Assembly: GCA_051439505.1 (NCBI GenBank)
Contig: JBFRWI010000168.1
Location: forward strand, 1 to 21,487
Direction: 5' to 3'
DNA from: Hormoscilla sp.
Lineage (GTDB): Bacteria > Cyanobacteriota > Cyanobacteriia > Cyanobacteriales > Desertifilaceae
DNA: 21,487 nucleotides
Within the stretch, counting starts at the first letter, position 1, and the number at the start of each line of letters is the position of its first letter. A program made the translations under genes and the position numbers. Below the pieces are notes generated by a model. It did no database searches, was not told the DNA's origin, and was given only the letters and a program-made list of their open reading frames with translations. This document shows positions 15,728-21,487 of the stretch, one piece after another.

Positions 15728-18130
15728 TCATAAAAACATCGGCAGGGGATTGAGTTGATTTTCTGGCAAAGGTGCTGAAAACCAACCCAACTGCACTGGC
15801 ACGTCATACAGCCGTCCGGGAGCCAATCTTTTCCAGAAATGCCGCATTCCCGGAACAATTACCTTGACCACATTCAGTCCGATATCGGGACGAGTCTGAT
15901 CGACAACCAGCATTTCCATGTTATGTTTTTCCACAAGTTTCATGCAGATTTTCACATCCTCTTTGAGGTCATCAGTTGCCAGGTTAGGATAATCTCCATA
16001 GCGTTTCGGGGCCCCATTTGGGTCGGGCAGCAGATAAGGCTGATTTTCTATTGTCGCCGTCTTCCACCAATGGGTTGCAAATTCTTCCCCAGAATTATAT
16101 TGAATGCTGCCATCAGGGGCAACGGATAAAACTGATGGCAGGATCTGGTTCATTTCTGTCACCGCCCGCAGCATGGCAATTTTAGCATCGAAATGGGCAC
16201 CGAAACCGAAGATAATATCTTCAGCGGGTTTATCAGTTCTCCGGGAAATTGCCGCAAAAACGGGAATGTTAAAATCGCTGGTCAGGTCCAGTACCCAAAA
16301 TTCGCGGTTGATGGTTTTGTAATAATCCTGTAGATTTTGATAATATGGTTCGTCAAAACTCTCTAAATCAACCCCCGATCGCCGCACCATATTATACCAC
16401 CACAAGGCAATGGCATCTCGCTCCACCAACTCCATAAACCCTTGCAAAATGGCTTCTTCTGTCGTATTGCCAGCTGCACAGCCATTGGAGTCGCTGCCGC
16501 AAACAGTATTGGGATAATCTGGATAGCCATAATAGCAGAAAGCTGTGGGCAGGTACTTGAATTTTTCTTGGGTTAAAGACCAAACTGGCGTCCACTCAAT
16601 TTCCGCCTCTTGGTCAAAGGGTTCATAAACCCTGTTGAAATTGCTACCGCAGCTAGCATTCCATTCTTGACGAGTCCGATATTGTTCCTCGCTAAAGTTC
16701 ATGCAGCCATTGGGATGAATTGCATCTGGGCCCATTTCCTTGTAGCTGCCTTTATAGCGAGTTTCGTAGCCCTGAAACACGCCGGAATATCGTTCGAGGG
16801 CTTCGCAAATGGCACCTGATTTGGCTTGAATTTCAGTTTTGCCTTTCCCGGCACTGCGACTGCGACAACCTTTGCGCAAAAAGTAGAGATTGTCATAGAT
16901 CCGGGCAAAGTTATGGCCGGAATAATACACGTGCATTAATTCATTGGCATCGAAGGACATTTGCCTCAGATGCCTGACTGCGCCAGTAATCGGACTGAGA
17001 TGGTGTTCGTATTTCTTCAGAGTTGCTTCTGGGGTATAGCAGCGGTGTCCGCCGTCGGCGGTAAACGTTTTCTTGCAGCTTTTGAGAATTATCCCTGTGG
17101 GGTCTGGGTTAGATAAATATTCTGCTTCTCCGCAAACGGGACATTGGGGACGCTTGACTAAGGTATGGTTTTGGGTCTTCAGCGTCATCGTGTCCAGGGT
17201 GACTAAAGTCCCTTCCAGAGATTCGTTCTGTTGCTGAATTACCCATTTGAGGATTTCTTTAGCGGCGAGATCCAGCCCCATTTCTGAGGTAAAGGGAAAC
17301 AGAGAAACAGATGTGGGCAAATAATCGGTAATGCCTTTCTTCCTTTGGATGAATGATTCTACGGGACGATTTGCTCGCAGGCGTTGGGCTAAACATTCCC
17401 AACAACCGGTCTTCTCGGGATGAAATATCGGTCCGATCCAAAGGGTAGTTCCTACAGGTTTGACCAGCATCCAGGGGCGTTGAGATTGGATCGCTTTTTG
17501 GTTAATCTCTGCTAAACCCTCGTGGAGGTAGTCATCAGTTAAGACTACCTCCAGGTCGGGTGTGGTCTGCACAAGGATCCCCCCCAAACCCCCCCTTCCG
17601 AAAGGGGGGGCTTCTTCGCCCCCCTTTTTAAGGGGGGTTTGGGGGGATCCGGCGACTGGGGAATCGATATTTTTATCAACGGGTTTTGACCACACCCCCT
17701 CCAGGTCTCCGACGGCGCTGACTTGCAGGTTCAGGGACTCCAGTCGGGAAAGCAAGGGTTGGGGGTTGACAGGGCCCAAGGTGCGAACGGCAATTTTGGC
17801 GGATTGCAATCGAGAAGCTGCATCATTATGCTCTACATTCAGAAAATCTGCTAAGGCGGCGATTTCCTCAGGCAACTGCGCGTCCTTTTCGATGATGTAG
17901 CCATCCTTTTCCATCATCATCAAGGCATAATAAACCTCGGCGGCGGAGACTTGTCCTTGCAATATTTGGATGATTTTCGCAACTGGACGATCGCCGTTAA
18001 TTAAGGGGGCGAGCAACTCGTAGGTGCGACCAGTGAGCAGATGATGATCGGACTCTGTGAGCAGAAAGACTCCTACAGATTCTATTGTTTTGACTTGGAA
18101 AAAGCTCTTAAACGCTGGTTTTGCAAGCAT
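15728..18130 (-). CDS. Fused RRE/E1-like + YcaO cyclodehydratase (TOMM C-D fusion, PatD/TruD/LynD-like heterocyclase)
   Basis: N-terminal RRE-like region; VVLTDDYL...RPWMLVKPVG..LWIGPIF; Zn motifs CWECL and CPVCG; FTADGGHR; YcaO ATP motifs SAGKG..CEALERYS, SNGCAAG and ELVERDA; Pro-rich C-terminus NPLPMFL of azoline-forming YcaOs. Confidence 0.93.
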   Translation of the reverse strand: MLAKPAFKSFFQVKTIESVGVFLLTESDHHLLTGRTYELLAPLINGDRPVAKIIQILQGQVSAAEVYYALMMMEKDGYIIEKDAQLPEEIAALADFLNVEHNDAASRLQSAKIAVRTLGPVNPQPLLSRLESLNLQVSAVGDLEGVWSKPVDKNIDSPVAGSPQTPLKKGGEEAPPFGRGGLGGILVQTTPDLEVVLTDDYLHEGLAEINQKAIQSQRPWMLVKPVGTTLWIGPIFHPEKTGCWECLAQRLRANRPVESFIQRKKGITDYLPTSVSLFPFTSEMGLDLAAKEILKWVIQQQNESLEGTLVTLDTMTLKTQNHTLVKRPQCPVCGEAEYLSNPDPTGIILKSCKKTFTADGGHRCYTPEATLKKYEHHLSPITGAVRHLRQMSFDANELMHVYYSGHNFARIYDNLYFLRKGCRSRSAGKGKTEIQAKSGAICEALERYSGVFQGYETRYKGSYKEMGPDAIHPNGCMNFSEEQYRTRQEWNASCGSNFNRVYEPFDQEAEIEWTPVWSLTQEKFKYLPTAFCYYGYPDYPNTVCGSDSNGCAAGNTTEEAILQGFMELVERDAIALWWYNMVRRSGVDLESFDEPYYQNLQDYYKTINREFWVLDLTSDFNIPVFAAISRRTDKPAEDIIFGFGAHFDAKIAMLRAVTEMNQILPSVLSVAPDGSIQYNSGEEFATHWWKTATIENQPYLLPDPNGAPKRYGDYPNLATDDLKEDVKICMKLVEKHNMEMLVVDQTRPDIGLNVVKVIVPGMRHFWKRLAPGRLYDVPVQLGWFSAPLPENQLNPLPMFL
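17558..17697. mobile_element. 140-bp MITE inserted in frame in the YcaO gene
   Basis: TIRs GGGTGTGGTC (17558-17567) and GACCACACCC (17688-17697); perfect 10-bp target duplication CCTCCAGGTC at 17548-17557 and 17698-17707; internal GC-rich hairpin at 17575-17650. Confidence 0.93.
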
Positions 18131-18160
18131 TGTTCTTAATTAAACATGTGGCGATTTTAC

Positions 18161-18352
18161 GGGTGTGGTCAAAACCCGTTGGTGAAGAAAAGTCTGGCTG
18201 CGCCACACGGCTGCGCCTACGGGAACGGAGGGCCCTCCCGTGGGGGCCAGAAACCGGGTAAGGGAAATCTTATTTCGCTTTGTTGCGCCAAATTGATCGC
18301 TCTAACCCGGTTTCTTGTCTGTCTAACTATACAACTACTTTTGACCACACCC
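18161..18352. mobile_element. 192-bp MITE of the same GGGTGTGGTC-end family, between the precursor and YcaO genes
   Basis: 14-bp TIRs GGGTGTGGTCAAAA (18161-18174) and TTTTGACCACACCC (18339-18352). The first 21 bp match the reverse complement of the right end of the in-gene MITE. Internal AGAAACCGGGT/ACCCGGTTTCT arms. No TSD seen. Confidence 0.85.
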
Positions 18353-18430
18353 CTACAGACGATCCGCCCGTCCTACGGCTCAGGGGCAGGAGTCGGGGGA
18401 AATGTGCCCACCCGACTCAGGCGAGGACTG

Positions 18431-18775
18431 TTAGCAAAGGCACATTTCCCCCTCACAGTCATAGGGGGCATAACCAGGAGGACTCGGGGCTTGCTCACTA
18501 CCGGCTGCAAACAGCTGTTCGGAGGCCATGCCAGCAGGGCAGGGAGGCAGGCAAATTTCATAACCGCCTGCTGCTGCCAGCCGCAAGCCGGGAGCTTCGG
18601 TGGGACTCTGGTTGACGACGACTTTCGCAAAGTCTTCCAGCATCACTCCTGCTTCCCGGAGGACTTCAGCGGTGTTGTTCAGCAAACGCTGGTAGAACTC
18701 CTTGTCTAACCAGGCAAGGGCCACGAGTTGAGAAACGATGTTGAAGGATTTTTGGGTGTTATTTATTGTAAGCAT
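18431..18775 (-). CDS. RiPP precursor peptide with a nitrile-hydratase-like (NHLP) leader and a Cys-containing C-terminal core
   Basis: QLVALAWLDKEFYQRLLNNTAEVLREAG matches the NHLP pattern (AW.D..F..RLL..P..VL.E.G). LPPCPAGMASEQLFAAG resembles the LP..P..LS.E.L..VAGG leader end. Tail SEQAPSPPGYAPYDCEGEMCLC. Immediately upstream of, and co-oriented with, the YcaO gene. Confidence 0.85.
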   Translation of the reverse strand: MLTINNTQKSFNIVSQLVALAWLDKEFYQRLLNNTAEVLREAGVMLEDFAKVVVNQSPTEAPGLRLAAAGGYEICLPPCPAGMASEQLFAAGSEQAPSPPGYAPYDCEGEMCLC

Positions 18776-18840
18776 CTTCTTTCTTCAGACCTCTAACTAA
18801 CGACTATGTAGCTTTTGCTTACCTGCACAAGATCGCTGAG

Positions 18841-18943
18841 AATATCTGAGAATATAGCATTTATAAAATTAGTTTTATCTAGGGGGAAAACGCTGAAACC
18901 ATCATGCCGTATACAATTCAGCGGACCTCATTTCTCAGATATT
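18841..18943. mobile_element. ~103-bp miniature element with 12-bp TIRs upstream of the precursor
   Basis: AATATCTGAGAA (18841-18852) and TTCTCAGATATT (18932-18943); internal CGCTGAA/TTCAGCG arms; AGATCGC on both sides (18830-18836, 18944-18950). Confidence 0.6.
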
Positions 18944-18951
18944 AGATCGCA

Positions 18952-18974
18952 TCCAATACTTCGTAGGTTTTGCA
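18952..18974 (+). repeat. 23-bp direct repeat TCCAATACTTCGTAGGTTTTGCA, identical to 15168-15190
   Basis: Exact match seen; it is a solo copy of the end of the 15168-15648 element. Confidence 0.9.
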
Positions 18975-19145
18975 GCTGAGCTAGTTTTCATCTATTTGGG
19001 TATGAATAAAATCTAGCTCATATTTATATTCTGGCTCGGTCAGCAGGGTTTTGGCATGAGAGATATCACTGGATTATGTGCTTGTAATTCTTTATTTTCG
19101 TGATGCAAGTATGACGTAGTTATGATTTCCCTCACAGTCAACAGT

Positions 19146-19194
19146 GGGTGTGGTCATGCATTTGTTGGAGAGGATCCCCCCCCAAACCCCCCCT
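19146..19194. mobile_element. Truncated copy of the GGGTGTGGTC-end MITE abutting the stop codon of the TPS gene
   Basis: GGGTGTGGTC (19146-19155) followed by AGGATCCCCCCCCAAACCCCCCCT, as in the left half of the 17558-17697 element. Confidence 0.7.
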
Positions 19195-21487
19195 ACCGAC
19201 AGTTAGCATCCCTGCTATTGGCTACCTTGGGCAGGGAAGCCACCAGTTCCACCTGACCATCTGGATGAATCACCCAACCAGTGGCTTCCACCAGCACCCG
19301 ACGATCGCCATTCTGGGGCTGTCCCAAAGGCACACTTCGGCTAGCGCTACGCGCACTTCGTATACGCTCAGTGACCACTTCTGACGACCGAGCCGCCAGC
19401 GAGGCTTGATTGCCAATACTGGACAAATCTCTGTTATCCCACCAAAGGGCACGACCCCGAAGTCCAGATACAGGGTCTTCTGGCAAGCCGCCTCGTCCGG
19501 TGATGGTAAATGTATTCCCTAGGTCCCCTGCACAACCTTTGACAATCTGCTGGCTGGGGTCGGTCACATTGTCTGGCAAGTCTACTAATGCCGATTTGCT
19601 TTCTACCTCTGGGGTGCGGATTTCGACAACGCCATTAAACTCGGCACCCAGTTCGCTAGTAACGGTGATGTCGCTTTCTGGGGTCAGATCTTCCCGGAAC
19701 TCAATGCCAAAGATGCCTTGAGCTGTGATCGTCACCTGTCCCCCAAAACCCTCTTCAGCATTGGCAGTGATGTCGCTATTGTCCAACGCCACTAGAGTGT
19801 CGGTTTTAATGATGATATTACCGCCATCGCCTACGCCAGTCGCCAACGCGGTAAATACAGCCGCTACCTCGGGGGGGAAGTTGTCCGGCGACTGTTCAAA
19901 GCTGCCCGCTGTTGCAGTAATAGCGCTGTTGCGGCGCAGTCGCATATCCTGCGTGCGTAATACAATATCACCACCTTGGCCGAAAGCTGTTTGGGCCTCA
20001 ATCCTAGCTTCATTATCCAGCAAGATCGAGTTGGCTACTATCTCTACGCTACCTCCACTGCCAACTGATACATTGCTAACACGTATAGATCCTTCATCTC
20101 GCAGGATTAAATTCCCAGCAGTAACCGTTACATTTCCCCCGCCTGTTTCTATTGCTGATGGGTCAAGGGCTCCTGCCCGGATAGAACTGTTAACTGCAAA
20201 TTGATCTGGGGAGGTGCCAATAAATTCTGCTGACTCAGTTGCTGTCAAAAATAGATTCCCAGGTCGTCCTTTGCCAGTGCTATTAACAGTCACAACACTT
20301 CCATCACGAACCCTCAACCGCCTGGTTGACACGCGCAGTTCTCCCGCATCACCAGAACTACCAAGCTCAGTGCCAGCAACCAGGGCAGTAGTAGTAGCAA
20401 GTGGCGTTCCATCTGAGCGTTCGGCTATAATCACCTTACCCACTAGATCGATGGACTCCGAAGCATTGATTGTTAGATTTCCGCCCTGACCCGATCCTTC
20501 AACAACCGTACCAAGTTCTGCCACCTCTTGCATGAGCAGCCTCCCCGTATTGACGGTCAGGTTGCCCCCGTTTCCAGTTGCCTCAACCGATACATTAGCA
20601 CGCAAGGAGGCGGCGCTCAATTCTACTGATTCTGAGGCATTTATTGTAAAATCTCCACCGCGACCTTCGCCCTCTGTAATCGCATAGATGAATATGCCAT
20701 CGCTAGCAATGAGTCGGTTCGTATCAATAGCAATATCTCCCCCAGAACCTGTACCCTCATCCGTAGTAAATAAACCGCTCGGCAGATTGTCATTGTGAGT
20801 AATCCCATTATCAACAAGTCCCACAAGCCCTTCAACGTAATTTCCCGTTCCGACTATCTCCACCAACTGCTGGGCATTAATCTGAATTCCTCCTCCCGGT
20901 TGCGACCCCGAGTTAATAGAAGTAATCCTCGCGTCTTCCCTGAGTCTGAAATTCCGCGCCTCTACGTGAACCGACCCACTGGGTTCTCCACTCACGTCCA
21001 CAGCGGATCCACCAGATAGTTCCACGTCCCGGAAATTATTCACCCCGTCATATCCCAGTACCAACCCATTGTCCGTTGAGTTAATGCTGACTCGTCGATT
21101 AGAACCGACCGTCCCCAATTCTATCCGTCCGGAGGGTGCCGTCAGATTTCCTCCTTCCAGGCTGACATTGCCGCCAATCAGAGCTAGAGTATTACCCGGT
21201 TGTACCTCCAGTCCCGCAGTAGATTGATTGACAATGGGTCCGGGGTTTGGTCCATATTGCAAACCCACCGGCACATTGATAGTCAGTAGGGGCGGCGCAT
21301 CCGGATTCCTAGCGCTATATTCCAGACCATTTTCAAACAGAATACTCTGGGCGGTGCTAGCAAAAAAGGAACCACCGATGTCGAGTCTCGCATTCGGACC
21401 AAAAACGATCCCATTAGGATTGATCAGAAACATATTAGCGGTACCGTTAGCTCGAATTAAGCCATCGATATCGGAGATATTACCGCC
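19193..21487 (-). CDS. Filamentous haemagglutinin-like two-partner-secretion exoprotein (cyanobacterial type); 5' end lies beyond the window
   Basis: TPS motif NMFLINPNGIVFGPNARLDIGGSF. The frame stays open to the window edge (GGNISDIDGLIRANGTAN precedes the track's Met). G-x-GG-x-I/L-x-I beta-helix repeats; C-terminal SDITANA...C....FTITGRGGLPEDP...LVEATGWV...GQVELVA. Confidence 0.92.
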   Translation of the reverse strand, partial: GGNISDIDGLIRANGTANMFLINPNGIVFGPNARLDIGGSFFASTAQSILFENGLEYSARNPDAPPLLTINVPVGLQYGPNPGPIVNQSTAGLEVQPGNTLALIGGNVSLEGGNLTAPSGRIELGTVGSNRRVSINSTDNGLVLGYDGVNNFRDVELSGGSAVDVSGEPSGSVHVEARNFRLREDARITSINSGSQPGGGIQINAQQLVEIVGTGNYVEGLVGLVDNGITHNDNLPSGLFTTDEGTGSGGDIAIDTNRLIASDGIFIYAITEGEGRGGDFTINASESVELSAASLRANVSVEATGNGGNLTVNTGRLLMQEVAELGTVVEGSGQGGNLTINASESIDLVGKVIIAERSDGTPLATTTALVAGTELGSSGDAGELRVSTRRLRVRDGSVVTVNSTGKGRPGNLFLTATESAEFIGTSPDQFAVNSSIRAGALDPSAIETGGGNVTVTAGNLILRDEGSIRVSNVSVGSGGSVEIVANSILLDNEARIEAQTAFGQGGDIVLRTQDMRLRRNSAITATAGSFEQSPDNFPPEVAAVFTALATGVGDGGNIIIKTDTLVALDNSDITANAEEGFGGQVTITAQGIFGIEFREDLTPESDITVTSELGAEFNGVVEIRTPEVESKSALVDLPDNVTDPSQQIVKGCAGDLGNTFTITGRGGLPEDPVSGLRGRALWWDNRDLSSIGNQASLAARSSEVVTERIRSARSASRSVPLGQPQNGDRRVLVEATGWVIHPDGQVELVASLPKVANSRDANCR
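19333..19376. repeat. CACTTCG...ACGCTCAGTGAC-type dispersed palindromic repeat read in frame within the TPS gene
   Basis: CACTTCGGCTAGCGCTACGCGCACTTCGTATACGCTCAGTGACC encodes VTERIRSARSASRS, which is out of character for the surrounding protein. Confidence 0.6.

Noticed and set aside
15233..15858. Short ORFs of 63, 60 and 78 aa
   Set aside because: They are translations of repeat DNA (e.g. LPAPCSLLPA from CTCCCTG) or overlap the end of the YcaO gene.
17558..17707. Intein or intron in the YcaO gene
   Set aside because: Only 50 codons, with no Cys/Ser start or His-Asn end. TIRs plus a 10-bp TSD explain it as a MITE.
18146..18709. 187-aa plus-strand ORF and the 111-aa and 85-aa overlapping ORFs
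   Set aside because: They run through a MITE and overlap the better-supported precursor gene, with no recognisable motifs.
15728..18775. Canonical cyanobactin cluster
   Set aside because: No PatA/PatG proteases or PatB/C/F. The precursor has an NHLP leader rather than a PatE LAELSEE leader with repeated cassettes.
19129..19140. 12-bp match CCCTCACAGTCA to the precursor core (18450-18461), suggesting a DGR-like template or second core
   Set aside because: 12-bp matches are expected by chance in 21 kb. There is no extended homology, no adenine-specific mismatch pattern and no reverse transcriptase.
21431..21433. Track start codon for the 746-aa TPS protein
   Set aside because: The frame is open to the window edge and the Met lies inside the TPS domain, so the true start is outside the window.

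Overview
Accessory region of a cyanobacterial genome, probably a filamentous one. Support: at least 10 HIP1 GCGATCGC octamers, heptamer tandem repeats, small dispersed repeats and cyanobacteria-type proteins. Left to right it holds: the 3' end of a probable exosortase-sorted surface protein; a pheophorbide-a-oxygenase-like Rieske oxygenase; a large DUF4347/Calx-beta surface protein; and a secreted hypothetical protein. A co-oriented minus-strand cluster follows: filamentous-haemagglutinin-like (TPS) exoprotein, exported TPR-CHAT protease, two DUF928 proteins, CHASE2 hybrid histidine kinase and a REC-histidine kinase. A two-gene RiPP cassette (NHLP-type precursor plus fused E1-like/YcaO cyclodehydratase) sits between the TPS and CHAT genes. 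The cassette is bracketed by an identical 23-bp direct repeat and surrounded by nested miniature repeat elements. One element, a 140-bp MITE with a perfect 10-bp target duplication, lies in frame inside the YcaO gene and adds 50 residues. No rRNA, tRNA, CRISPR array or transposase gene was seen. Family assignments come from motif recognition by eye, not from database searches.
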